Shown: positions 20,201 through 28,870 of the stretch, piece by piece
Layout: every line of letters begins with the position of its first letter
How positions within the stretch are numbered: position 1 is the stretch's first letter
From: Clostridiales bacterium UBA4698
GTDB lineage: Bacteria > Bacillota > Clostridia > TANB77 > UBA1234
Assembly (NCBI GenBank): GCA_002404755.1
Contig: DHKI01000007.1
Location: 79 to 64,078, forward strand
Length of the DNA stretch: 64,000 bases
Direction: 5' to 3'
The notes under the pieces: generated by a model
What the model was told of the DNA's origin: nothing
Database searches by the model: none
The model's input: only the letters and a program-made list of their open reading frames with translations
Made by a program: the position numbers and the translations under genes

Positions 20201-23200
20201 ACTGCATTTTCTGATGATATTGATTATCCGTTATTAACTGCACTTGAAAATGTAGATGAAGCTACAAAAGAAGTAACTAAAAGTGAAATCTTTTACAAAA
20301 GAACAATAAGTCCATATAAAGAGATAACTTCTGTTGAAACTTCTGATGAAGCACTAGTTGTATCGCTTAATCAAAAGGGAAGAGTTGATATAGAATATAT
20401 GAAAACTCTTGTAAATAAAGAGTTTGATGAAATAGTGCAGGAGTTAGAGGGAAAAATATTTAGAAATCCATTAAAGGTAGTTGAAGATAATAGAAATAGT
20501 GGTTGGGAAACTGTTGATGAATATTTAAGTGGAGATGTTAAAGAAAAATTAAAACTCGCAGAAGAATATGCGAAAAGTGATGATAGTTATTCAATAAACG
20601 TAAAATCTTTGACAGAAGTACAACCAATTCCGTTGTCAGCAGAAGATATTGAATTAAAGTTGGGTGCAACTTGGATACCTGCTGAATTTGTAAAAGACTT
20701 TATGAAAGAAAAGTTTAAATATGAAGAATATTCTTTCTCCGCATATAATCCAAGAGTTATATATTCAAAAGAACTATCTAATTGGATTATAGAAAATAAA
20801 CCTTATGCTAGTAATATTGAAACTACTGAAATATATGGAACTAAACGAATGAATGCTTATGACATATTAGAAGCTACTTTAAATTTAAGAAATGCAACTG
20901 TATATGATAAGTTAGATGATGATAAAAGGGTTATTAATAAAAATGAAACCATATTAGCAAGACAAAAACAACAATTATTAAAAGATGAATTTAAGGATTG
21001 GATTTTTGCAGATACAGAAAGACGAGATGTTTTAGTTAAAAGATATAATGATATATTTAATAACATAAGAGAAAGAGAATTTGATGGAAGTAATCTTATA
21101 TTTCAAGGAATGTCGCCAGAAATAAAATTAAGACCACATCAAAAGAATGCAGTTGCAAGAATTTTGTATGGTGGAAATACATTACTTGCTCATTGTGTAG
21201 GTGCAGGAAAGACTTTTGAAGTTGCAACAAGTTGTATGGAACTTCGTAGATTAGGACTTGCAAAGAAACCTTTAATAGTTGTTCCGAATCACTTGGTAGA
21301 ACAATGGGGAAGTGAATTTTATAACTTATATCCATCTGCAAAATTATTAGTTGCTACTAAAAAAGATTTTGAGCCACAAAGAAGAAAAAGATTAATTTCT
21401 AAAATCGCTACTGGAGATTATGATGCAGTAATAATTGCACATAGTAGTTTTGAAAGAATACCAGTATCAAAAGAAACAGAAGAAAAGCACATACAAGATG
21501 AAATAGATGCAGTTACTTTAGCTTTAGAAAATTCAAGAGAAGAAAGAGGAAATAAGAAAACTGTAAAACAACTGGAAACTTTGAAAAAGAATTTAGAGAA
21601 AAACTTAAAAGAATTAATAAAGAGTAAGCCAAGAGATAAAACAATCAACTTCGAGAATTTAGGAGTTGATTATATTTTTGTTGATGAAGCACACAATTAT
21701 AAAAATCTTTATCTTTATACAAAAATGAGTAATATTGCAGGAGTTCAAACAACAAAAGCACAAAAATCATCTGATTTGTATATGAAAATTAAGTATTTAA
21801 TGCAAAAGAATAGAAATGCTAGAGCAGTTACTTTTGCAACTGGTACGCCTGTAAGTAATTCTATGTCTGAGTTATATACAATGCAGAGGTATTTGCAACC
21901 TCAAACACTTAAAAAGTATGGGCTAGAAAACTTTGATGATTGGGCAAGTACTTTTGGAGAAGTTGTTACTAATTTTGAATTAGCTCCAGATGGTAGTGGA
22001 TATAGAACAAAACAAAGATTTAGTAAATTTTATAATACCCCAGAATTAATGAGTTTGTTTAGACAAGTTGCAGATATACAAACTGCTGAAATGTTGAAGT
22101 TACCAACACCAGAGTTGAAAAGTGGAAAACCAATTATAATTTCAACAAAACCTAGTGAAGAATTAAAAGAGTTCATTGATACATTAGTTGAAAGATCCGA
22201 AGCAATAAAACGAGGCGATGTAAAGCCGTATGAAGATAATATGCTGAAAATAACTAATGATGGAAGAAAAGCAGCACTTGATTTAAGGTTGATAGATGAA
22301 TCTTATGGAGATATACCAAATAGTAAGGTAAATTTAGCAGTAGAAAATATTTATAAGATATGGAATGAAACAAAAGAGCAAAAATCAGCACAAATGGTAT
22401 TTTGTGATTTATCTACTCCGACAAACATTGAGGGAAAGTTTGATGTTTATAATGAAATAAAAAATAAATTAATAGAAAGAGGAGTCCCTGCTGAAGAAAT
22501 ACAATTTATTCACGATGCAGATACTGATACAAAGAAAGATAACTTGTTTAAGAAGGTAAGAAGTGGAGAAGTTAGAGTTTTAATGGGAAGTACTGCAAAA
22601 ATGGGGGCAGGAACTAATGTGCAGAAGAAACTTATTGCATTACATCATCTTGATGTGCCGTGGCGACCTAGTGATGTTGAACAAAGAGAGGGAAGAATAT
22701 TAAGACAAGGTAATGAAAACCCAGAAGTACAAATTTATAGATATGTAACAGAGGGCAGTTTTGATGCATATAGTTGGCAAACAATAGAAACAAAACACAA
22801 GTTTATAGCTCAAATTATGAGAGGTAAAGTTATTGGTAGAAATATGGAAGACATTGATGATAGTAGTCTTAATTATGCACAAGTAAAAGCTATTGCAAGT
22901 GGAAATCCTATGATTTTGGAAAAGTTTAAAGTAGATATGGAAGTAAATAGACTGAAAGATTTGAAAAAACAATACAATGGTACGATTTACAGACTACAAG
23001 ATAATTTAACTAAAATATTACCACGAGATATTGAAAGACTTGATAATATGATAAAAAATTTATCAAGTGATGTATTAAAAATAGGGACAGAACAACCAGA
23101 AGAAAACTTTATAATGCAAATAGGCGAAAATGTTTTTAATACACAAAAAGAAGCAGGAGAAGAAATAATAAAACAATCTGAGAAGTATATGGAACTTGAT

Positions 23201-23626
23201 AAAGAATATCATATTTGTAAATATAGAGGATTTGACATAGCTTTGATAAGTAAAAGTAATGTAGATTTCTTTGGAAATGTAAAACTACCAACAAAAGAAG
23301 TACTCATAAAAGGGGAAACAGTACAAAAATTTGAACTTAAACTAATACCATCATTGAATATAACTAAAATCAACGAAAAAATAAACGAATTACCTAAATT
23401 ATTAGATAATGCGATGGAAAGTAAAAAAGACAAAGAAAGGCAGGTGGAACAATGTAAAGTTGAACTTGAAAAGCCATTTAAATATGCTGATGAATTAGAA
23501 AACTTAACTAAAAGACAAGCTGAAATAGACCAAGAGTTGAATGTAGATAAGTATGAAGATGAAATCGGAGCTATTGATGAAGAAGAAACTCAAAGAAGTA
23601 ATGCAGTTTATGAAGCTGAAGTATAA
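17222..23626 (+). CDS. Polyvalent conjugative-element protein: ArdC-N-like ssDNA-binding domain, N6-adenine DNA methyltransferase and SNF2-family helicase
   Basis: 2134 aa. N-terminus [22 protein letters not shown] resembles the ArdC N-domain. MTase motif [12 protein letters not shown] (~19171-19203) and motif IV SNVPFG (~19366-19383). Helicase motif I GAGKT (~21200), DEAH (DEAHNYKN, ~21680) and motif [13 protein letters not shown] (~22680). Confidence 0.85.
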   Translation: MSYKESLKFAKEIYDAQLDIIRQNSTEWKKYLDFASNFYKYSFAETLLIYAQNPNVTACATIEQWNSIDRMVKRGEKSIKAISDDENDIKIKYVFDVSQTWGNNKTLPKKWTIESSEAKRILAEVMNVSEVVKLKRAIRNRIYEKLINNTENEKIAFSSEFIENAVDTVMYVISKRCNLKIENEETLFENFNEIEDIGQLKRLGIFCINESSELLRMVEYKVKQELNKKKGEMNYESKSLWNTNQAVHQTGVSNEVPRIDNGGNFNGEVGGKAATSDGIQRATNNRVEEQESTNREQLYGQSTVREDDPESSGGIVAGNDVPTIINTTNKRVEQTTLFSLFNELEINKQNPKYEIGQVVYLENDRPFQIEEIKERNIVLFDLKSSYPISRIESIDNFERLFNQNTLNTPTVVEKISDDEIINDVLLESGNNRKARIYKAFSELKGVPEKVKFLKSEYGLSGNSYEYKNLKGFVDYNINYNGMKISLEGYKEIKLNWNNVASKIQNLIDGGLYYIYDNKIENMPIKEEIKVQKINFKITDDINLSDGNLREKYQKNIKAIKLIKELEFENRLATAEEQKVLAQYTGWGGNPKVFDENALEWKNEYNELKQLLTEDEYKQAKESVLNAFYTEPEIIKGIYNALDKMGVKKGNVLEPSAGVGNFLGMLPNSFENSHITGVELDKISGSILKQLYQKANVFVGGYEETELPDGFYDIAISNVPFGNYGVYDPKYNKENFLIHDYFFAKSLDKIRTGGIITFITSKGTMDKLNPQIRKYLNERAELIGAIRLPNNAFKRIANTEVTSDIIFLKKRESLSYEHADWLDTEEYDEGININKYFVDNPQMIMGELNITTTQFGKDIEVVPNRDTSLSEQLNKAIEYLPSDIFEEVEIDREFDTEDIKTIPADMNVKNYNYTLVDGVIYQRVDSVMVEQKKDGITAERIKGMIAIRESLKELINVQLLNNNDEEMAIYQNKLNELYDKFVDKYGYLTSKGNKTAFSDDIDYPLLTALENVDEATKEVTKSEIFYKRTISPYKEITSVETSDEALVVSLNQKGRVDIEYMKTLVNKEFDEIVQELEGKIFRNPLKVVEDNRNSGWETVDEYLSGDVKEKLKLAEEYAKSDDSYSINVKSLTEVQPIPLSAEDIELKLGATWIPAEFVKDFMKEKFKYEEYSFSAYNPRVIYSKELSNWIIENKPYASNIETTEIYGTKRMNAYDILEATLNLRNATVYDKLDDDKRVINKNETILARQKQQLLKDEFKDWIFADTERRDVLVKRYNDIFNNIREREFDGSNLIFQGMSPEIKLRPHQKNAVARILYGGNTLLAHCVGAGKTFEVATSCMELRRLGLAKKPLIVVPNHLVEQWGSEFYNLYPSAKLLVATKKDFEPQRRKRLISKIATGDYDAVIIAHSSFERIPVSKETEEKHIQDEIDAVTLALENSREERGNKKTVKQLETLKKNLEKNLKELIKSKPRDKTINFENLGVDYIFVDEAHNYKNLYLYTKMSNIAGVQTTKAQKSSDLYMKIKYLMQKNRNARAVTFATGTPVSNSMSELYTMQRYLQPQTLKKYGLENFDDWASTFGEVVTNFELAPDGSGYRTKQRFSKFYNTPELMSLFRQVADIQTAEMLKLPTPELKSGKPIIISTKPSEELKEFIDTLVERSEAIKRGDVKPYEDNMLKITNDGRKAALDLRLIDESYGDIPNSKVNLAVENIYKIWNETKEQKSAQMVFCDLSTPTNIEGKFDVYNEIKNKLIERGVPAEEIQFIHDADTDTKKDNLFKKVRSGEVRVLMGSTAKMGAGTNVQKKLIALHHLDVPWRPSDVEQREGRILRQGNENPEVQIYRYVTEGSFDAYSWQTIETKHKFIAQIMRGKVIGRNMEDIDDSSLNYAQVKAIASGNPMILEKFKVDMEVNRLKDLKKQYNGTIYRLQDNLTKILPRDIERLDNMIKNLSSDVLKIGTEQPEENFIMQIGENVFNTQKEAGEEIIKQSEKYMELDKEYHICKYRGFDIALISKSNVDFFGNVKLPTKEVLIKGETVQKFELKLIPSLNITKINEKINELPKLLDNAMESKKDKERQVEQCKVELEKPFKYADELENLTKRQAEIDQELNVDKYEDEIGAIDEEETQRSNAVYEAEV

Positions 23627-23686
23627 AACATAATTTTAAGGGGCTGTTATGGAATAATTTTTTAAATATGAAATATAATAATAACA

Positions 23687-23789
23687 AAAAGTGTGTATAT
23701 ACACAAAAAAAGTAAAAAATAATTGACTAAATTATATTTTATGGATTATAATATTAACGAAAAGTGTGTGCACACACAAAAAAAGTAAA
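23687..23789 (+). promoter_or_regulatory. Promoter flanked by two 30-bp operator-like repeats
   Basis: Two copies of AAAAGTGTGT(AT/GC)... at 23687-23716 and 23760-23789. They differ only in the centre. Each contains a perfect palindrome: TGTGTATATACACA (23692-23705) and GTGTGTGCACACAC (23764-23777). They bracket TTGACT (23723-23728), an 18-nt spacer and TATAAT (23747-23752). Confidence 0.55.
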
Positions 23790-23802
23790 CGGAGAGTGTG
23801 CT

Positions 23803-25056
23803 ATGAATATAGATAGAGAGTTATATTTAACAAAGTTAAAAAATAAAAAAAATAACAAAATGATTAAAATTATTACAGGCTTAAGAAGAAGTGGAAAATC
23901 ATATTTATTAGACCCAATATTTAAAAATTCATTATTAGATGATGGAGTAAAGGAAGATCACATTATAAAAGTTGATTTAGATTCTATTGAAAATAGAGAA
24001 TTGACAACAGATGGCTTAAAATTATATGAACACATTATGTGTAAAGTTAAAGATAATGATATGTATTATATACTTCTTGATGAAATTCAAAAAGTCAAAG
24101 ATTTTGAAAGCGTTTTAAATAGCTTTTTAAGGAAGAATAATTTGGATGTTTATGTAACAGGAAGTAATTCTAAATTTCTTTCTACGGATATTATTACAGA
24201 ATTTAGAGGCAGAGGAGATGAAATAAGAGTTTATCCTCTTTCATATTCAGAATTTTATAATGCATACGAAGATAAAAAAAGAGCATTAAAGGATTATATG
24301 ACTTATGGAGGAATGCCATATACATTATATTTAAGAACAACAGAAGAAAAAAGTGCATATTTAAATGATTTATTTAAAAATACTTATTTAAACGATATTA
24401 TTGAAAGAAATAAAATTCAAAGGGAAGACATATTAGAAACTATTATCAATATGTTATCTTCATCTGTAGGTTCTTTAACAAATCCGAAGAAATTGTGTGA
24501 TACTTTTATAAGTAGTGGATATACAGATGTAAATAGAAATACAATAAATTCATATATAAATTATTTACAAGATGCATTTTTAATAAATAAGGCAGAAAGA
24601 TATGATATAAAAGGGAAAAAATATATTACAACACCTTCTAAATATTATTTTACGGATATTGGCTTAAGAAATGCAAGGCTAAATTTTAGACAACAAGAAG
24701 AAGACCATTTGATGGAAAATGTAATTTATAATGAATTATTAGTTAGAGGATACAATATTGATGTAGGAGTTGTTGAACGTTTTGAAAAGGATAGTACGGG
24801 AAAAACAATAAGAAAGCAACTAGAAGTAGATTTTGTATGTAATCAAGCAAGTAAAAGATATTATATTCAATCTGCCTTTGCTATTCCGAATAAGGAAAAG
24901 ATGGAACAAGAGCAAAAATCTTTAGTTAATATAGATGATAGTTTCAAAAAAATAATTATTGTTAAAGATGATATAAATCTTTGGAGAAATGAAGAAGGAA
25001 TTTTAATAATAAGTTTAGAGGAATTTTTGTTAAACAAAAATAGTTTAGATTTATAG
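23803..25056 (+). CDS. AAA-type ATPase with a C-terminal DUF4143 (PD-(D/E)xK-like) domain
   Basis: Start at ATG 23803 after GGAGAG. Walker A GLRRSGKS, Walker B ILLDEIQ, C-terminal QLEVDFV motif. Has its own promoter and terminator. Confidence 0.75.
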   Translation: MNIDRELYLTKLKNKKNNKMIKIITGLRRSGKSYLLDPIFKNSLLDDGVKEDHIIKVDLDSIENRELTTDGLKLYEHIMCKVKDNDMYYILLDEIQKVKDFESVLNSFLRKNNLDVYVTGSNSKFLSTDIITEFRGRGDEIRVYPLSYSEFYNAYEDKKRALKDYMTYGGMPYTLYLRTTEEKSAYLNDLFKNTYLNDIIERNKIQREDILETIINMLSSSVGSLTNPKKLCDTFISSGYTDVNRNTINSYINYLQDAFLINKAERYDIKGKKYITTPSKYYFTDIGLRNARLNFRQQEEDHLMENVIYNELLVRGYNIDVGVVERFEKDSTGKTIRKQLEVDFVCNQASKRYYIQSAFAIPNKEKMEQEQKSLVNIDDSFKKIIIVKDDINLWRNEEGILIISLEEFLLNKNSLDL

Positions 25057-25073
25057 TTTATAGAGTTCTTTAC

Positions 25074-25106
25074 ACACTTACTGAAAAATCAGTAGGTGTT
25101 TTTTTA
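25074..25106 (+). terminator. Intrinsic terminator
   Basis: ACACTTACTGA-AAAA-TCAGTAGGTGT followed by TTTTTTT. Confidence 0.75.
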
Positions 25107-25132
25107 TGCTCAAAATGAAAGGAGGAAGATAA

Positions 25133-25390
25133 ATGTTGCAAGTTAACTATGAAGTAAGATATAGACATATTTATATGAAAATCAGCGAGTTTGTGGCTTC
25201 AGCAGGAAAAATTGAAGTGTATAAAAATTTCTTGATTTCTATTATTAAAAAAATACTAAAGAATTACACTAGATTTAGAAAAGAAATCGTTGATAAACAA
25301 GAAAGAAAAGTATGTGATGAGTACATACAAAGTATTAGAAAAATCTTAATTTTATTAGAAAAGAAAACAAGATGTTACGAATATAATTGA
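25133..25390 (+). CDS. Hypothetical small protein
   Basis: 85-aa ORF with an AAAGGAGGAAG RBS. No motif recognised. Confidence 0.4.
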   Translation: MLQVNYEVRYRHIYMKISEFVASAGKIEVYKNFLISIIKKILKNYTRFRKEIVDKQERKVCDEYIQSIRKILILLEKKTRCYEYN

Positions 25391-25440
25391 GAAAATGAAC
25401 TTGATTAGAGTAACATCTTTTTATTTAGGAGGTATGTTTT

Positions 25441-25923
25441 ATGGGATTTAAAGAAAAATTGTTTAATGGAGAATTAAAGATATATCCAGTAGAAGATGTA
25501 TATAGAATTTACGGCAAGACTTTTGAAGATAAGGATGAAATAAAAGAGCTTGGTGGAGTATGGAATAGTGAAAGAAAAGTTTTTGAAATAACTAGAGAAG
25601 CTTTTGCAAAATTAGAGCCAGAAGTAAGAGATAAAATTATACATCTAATACTGCAAGAAAAAGTCAAAAGTAAAAAGGTAATTGAAGAAAATATCTTAAA
25701 CGATAATCTTAAACTTTATTTGAAAGATGATGTTTATAGAGTTTATGGAAAAACAAAGGAAATTTATAAAGACTTAATAAATACAGGGTTTCACTTCGTT
25801 GATGGTAAGTATGAAATTGGTATTGAAATTTTTAGTGCAGGATTTTGTGATGAAGCTAAAGAGAAAGTTATGCAACTTGTAAATGAGCCACCACAAGTAG
25901 AAGATGAAGAAATGGAGGCGTAA
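25441..25923 (+). CDS. Hypothetical protein with two DUF5710-like repeats
   Basis: Internal duplication: VYRIYGKTFEDKDEIKELGGVWNSERKVFEI and VYRVYGKTKEIYKDLINTGFHFVDGKYEI. The pattern resembles the ...EKDEAK.LGA.WD...K.W module seen on primase/topoisomerase-associated proteins. Acidic tail. Confidence 0.5.
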   Translation: MGFKEKLFNGELKIYPVEDVYRIYGKTFEDKDEIKELGGVWNSERKVFEITREAFAKLEPEVRDKIIHLILQEKVKSKKVIEENILNDNLKLYLKDDVYRVYGKTKEIYKDLINTGFHFVDGKYEIGIEIFSAGFCDEAKEKVMQLVNEPPQVEDEEMEA

Positions 25924-25925
25924 AA

Positions 25926-26354
25926 ATGGGGTATAAAACAGATGTAAGACTTATAACTACACTAAAAGGTTTTAGAGAAATAAAAAAATTTGCAGGACAA
26001 AAAATTGCAGAAAATGATGAAGGTGCAGAAATATTAAAAGAGCCAGATATAGAGCAAAAGTATAAAGACATTATAAAGCTTGGTTGGAATGATATGCGAG
26101 GAAATGAAGTAGAGCTTTTACAAGAATGTATGATTGAGTTTATGGAAAAAGATATAACATATAGAGCGATGTATCTTGGCGAGAATATTGAAGATATAGA
26201 AGAAAATTCATACACAAGTCCGAAAGATAATAAAAAATTTATACCATATCCAAGCATAACTAGAGAGTTTGATGAGGAGGAAGATGAAAGACAATTAAAC
26301 CAGTACTTAAAAGAAATTGAAAATAAAAAAGAGGAAGAAATGGAGTATGAATAA
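25926..26354 (+). CDS. Hypothetical acidic protein
   Basis: 142-aa ORF, translationally coupled to its neighbours, with a strongly acidic C-terminus. Confidence 0.5.
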   Translation: MGYKTDVRLITTLKGFREIKKFAGQKIAENDEGAEILKEPDIEQKYKDIIKLGWNDMRGNEVELLQECMIEFMEKDITYRAMYLGENIEDIEENSYTSPKDNKKFIPYPSITREFDEEEDERQLNQYLKEIENKKEEEMEYE

Positions 26355-26356
26355 TT

Positions 26357-27253
26357 ATGGGGATACCTAAAGAATTAATATTTGGTGGCAAAAAAACAAC
26401 GCCAGAAATTAAAGATGATATAAACAATATAAAAAATATAGAGATAAGTAAAATGGTTGATTTTAGATTAGGTCAGCCATTTTCTTTATATACAGAAGAA
26501 AAAATGGAACAAATGAAAGAAAGCATTTCTCGTAATGGTATTTTAACTCCTATTATTGCAAGGCAAATAGAAGAAGATAAATATGAAATTATTGCAGGGC
26601 ATAATAGAGTTAAATGTGCTAAAGAATTAGATTTTAAAACTGTGCCTACAATGATTGTTGATGTCGATGATGATAATGCAAAATTAATAATGCTAGAAAC
26701 AAATCTTTGTCAAAGAGATGATATACTACCAGTTGAAAAAGGTATTGCATATAAAATGCAACTTGAAACATTAAAGAAAATTCGAGAAAAAGAGGCTGAC
26801 CACATTGGTCAGGGGTATAGCGTAGAAAAAATTGCAGAGCAAACTACTGATTCAAAAACAACAATACAAAGATTAATAAGATTAACAGAACTTATCAAAC
26901 CTTTACAAGAAAAAGTAAATACAGGAGAACAAATATCTATTTTAGCAGGAGTTGAACTATCGCATATAAATAAGGATGAACAAGAAATTGTTAATAAGAT
27001 AATTGAGGAAAATAATTTAAAAATATCAATAGCGCAAGCAGAAGAAATAAGAGCTATTAAAGGGACTATTACAGAAGAAAGTATTGTAGAAATATTTGCT
27101 CCTAAACCTAAAGAAAAACAAGTCAAATTTACTGGTAAAATTAGCAAAAATACATTTCAAAAATATAAGGAGAAATTTAATAGCAATGAGGAATTTGATG
27201 AATTAGTAAATATGTTATTAGAGGACTATTTTAAAGAAAGTGAAGTCAATTAG
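26357..27253 (+). CDS. ParB N-terminal-domain (ParB/Sulfiredoxin-like) protein with HTH
   Basis: ILTPIIARQ...YEIIAGHNRVKCAKEL (ParB box), then an HTH-like GYSVEKIAEQTTDSKTTIQRLIRLTEL. Confidence 0.8.
   Translation: MGIPKELIFGGKKTTPEIKDDINNIKNIEISKMVDFRLGQPFSLYTEEKMEQMKESISRNGILTPIIARQIEEDKYEIIAGHNRVKCAKELDFKTVPTMIVDVDDDNAKLIMLETNLCQRDDILPVEKGIAYKMQLETLKKIREKEADHIGQGYSVEKIAEQTTDSKTTIQRLIRLTELIKPLQEKVNTGEQISILAGVELSHINKDEQEIVNKIIEENNLKISIAQAEEIRAIKGTITEESIVEIFAPKPKEKQVKFTGKISKNTFQKYKEKFNSNEEFDELVNMLLEDYFKESEVN
26786..26814. repeat. 29-bp exact repeat, copy 1, inside the ParB-like gene; contains palindrome CTGACCA-CAT-TGGTCAG
   Basis: GAAAAAGAGGCTGACCACATTGGTCAGGG is identical to 29242-29270. 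The palindrome lies at 26796-26812. In frame, it reads EKEADHIGQG. Confidence 0.9.
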
Positions 27254-27267
27254 TTATAGCAAGATTC

Positions 27268-27287
27268 CTATTCGTGTACACAAATAG
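27268..27287. promoter_or_regulatory. 20-bp near-perfect palindrome upstream of mobC (candidate oriT inverted repeat or operator)
   Basis: CTATTCGTGTACACAAATAG: arms of 10 nt with one mismatch. It is in the 76-nt gap between the ParB-like gene and mobC/relaxase. Confidence 0.35.
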
Positions 27288-27329
27288 ATTGTTGGAAGTA
27301 TCCCATACCCTCTTGAAAGTAGGTGGAAA

Positions 27330-27641
27330 ATGAAAAAAGACATACACATAAGAATAACAGAAGATAATTATCGAAGATTAAAAAAGAAATCAAAAGAATT
27401 ATTAATAACTCAAACAGAGTTTATAGAAAGATTTATAAGCAATGGGCAAATCATAGTTATAAATGACTTGGTAGAAATGCAAAGACAATTAAGATACATA
27501 GGAAATAATTTGAATCAACTTACTAAATTGTGCCACGAGGGTAGAATAGAGTGTTTAAATTTGGCAGAAACAAAAAAGGAAGTGAGTAAGATATGGCAAT
27601 TATTAAATTTATTAATTCAAAAACAAAACTTGAAACTTTAA
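27330..27641 (+). CDS. MobC-like relaxosome accessory protein
   Basis: 103 aa. LRYIGNNLNQLTKLCHEG is the typical MobC-family motif. Overlaps the relaxase start. Confidence 0.75.
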   Translation: MKKDIHIRITEDNYRRLKKKSKELLITQTEFIERFISNGQIIVINDLVEMQRQLRYIGNNLNQLTKLCHEGRIECLNLAETKKEVSKIWQLLNLLIQKQNLKL

Positions 27642-28504
27642 TAAACTATGTAACTAAAAAGAGTAAGGTTTTTGCAGTTGATGGTAAGGACTGTTTAGTA
27701 GATAGTGCTTTAGATGAAATGATTTCTGTAAAAAAAGCTTTTCAAAAAGAAGGTGGCAGAGAGTCAATTCATATAATTCAATCCTTTTCTCCAGATGATA
27801 ATATTACACCAGAGAAAGTACACGAGTTAGGTATTAAATTAGCAGAGTATTTTAAAAACCACCAAGTTCTGGTTGCAACACATATTGACAAAGAACATTT
27901 ACATAGTCATTTAGTTGTTAATTCTGTAAATTTTGAAACTGGTGCAAAGTATCAACAAAGTAAGCAAGAGATGGAACAAATAAAGGAATATTCAAGAAAG
28001 CTATGTTTGGAAGCAGGACTCAAAGTGATTACGCATAAATCAAAAGTAACAGATATAAAAATAAATGAATATAAAGCTATTGAAAAGGGAAATAGCTGGA
28101 AGAAAAAGTTGGCAGAAGACATTGAAAATACAATGGAAATAGCCCAAAGTAAGTATGAGTTTATCAGAGTAATGAAAGAAAAAGGATATAAAGTTACTTG
28201 GCGAAAAGAAAGAAAATATATTACATATACAACTCCAGACGGAAAGAAATGTAGAGATAACAAATTACACAACGAAAAATACTTGAAAGAAAATATGAAT
28301 GCATATTTTGAAGAGAAAAAGATGCAAAAAGAAACAAAAGAGATTACTGGAAAAATAGTAAATACTATCGCATATAATTCAAAACAAAATTCAAATTCAA
28401 GAAAGGTAAATTATAAGGGCGATTTATCTAAACAGGCACAGAAAGAATATGCATTAAAGAAAGCAAATGCTAGTAGTATTTCTTGGGAAGAAAATGAAAT
28501 GTAA
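27593..28504 (+). CDS. Relaxase/mobilisation nuclease (MobA/VirD2-type, MOBQ-like, short form)
   Basis: HIIQSFSPDD and the histidine triad ATHIDKEHLHSHLVVNSV are typical of the relaxase domain. Confidence 0.85.
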   Translation: MAIIKFINSKTKLETLINYVTKKSKVFAVDGKDCLVDSALDEMISVKKAFQKEGGRESIHIIQSFSPDDNITPEKVHELGIKLAEYFKNHQVLVATHIDKEHLHSHLVVNSVNFETGAKYQQSKQEMEQIKEYSRKLCLEAGLKVITHKSKVTDIKINEYKAIEKGNSWKKKLAEDIENTMEIAQSKYEFIRVMKEKGYKVTWRKERKYITYTTPDGKKCRDNKLHNEKYLKENMNAYFEEKKMQKETKEITGKIVNTIAYNSKQNSNSRKVNYKGDLSKQAQKEYALKKANASSISWEENEM

Positions 28505-28516
28505 GGAGGAGATGAT

Positions 28517-28870
28517 ATGGAGGAAAATAGATATATAGAAGTATTGCTTAAGAAACCAAACCGACACCCCAAAAAAGTAACTATTGAAAATTCACTTGAA
28601 GCAATGCAAAGATTGGTTGGTGGAAATATTGAAGTAGTACAATTATATGATGCACTTCTTGTTTGTAATGAGGAGGGAAAGTTAAAAGGACTAGAGCCAA
28701 ATGTTGTTATTGGAGATGATACAATATGTGGTTCTTTTTTTATTGCAGGAGATGATTATGAAAATGCAGACTTTGTGAGTATTTCTAAAAAGCAATACAG
28801 AATGTTTGAAAATAAATTTTCAAGACAAAGACAGAAAATAAATGAAATGGAGGTTGAAGAAATGGAATGA
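28517..28870 (+). CDS. DUF3846-like protein
   Basis: KKVTIENSLEAMQRLVGGNIEVVQLYDALLVCNEEGKLKGLEPN resembles DUF3846, which is common next to ICE coupling proteins. Confidence 0.55.
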   Translation: MEENRYIEVLLKKPNRHPKKVTIENSLEAMQRLVGGNIEVVQLYDALLVCNEEGKLKGLEPNVVIGDDTICGSFFIAGDDYENADFVSISKKQYRMFENKFSRQRQKINEMEVEEME

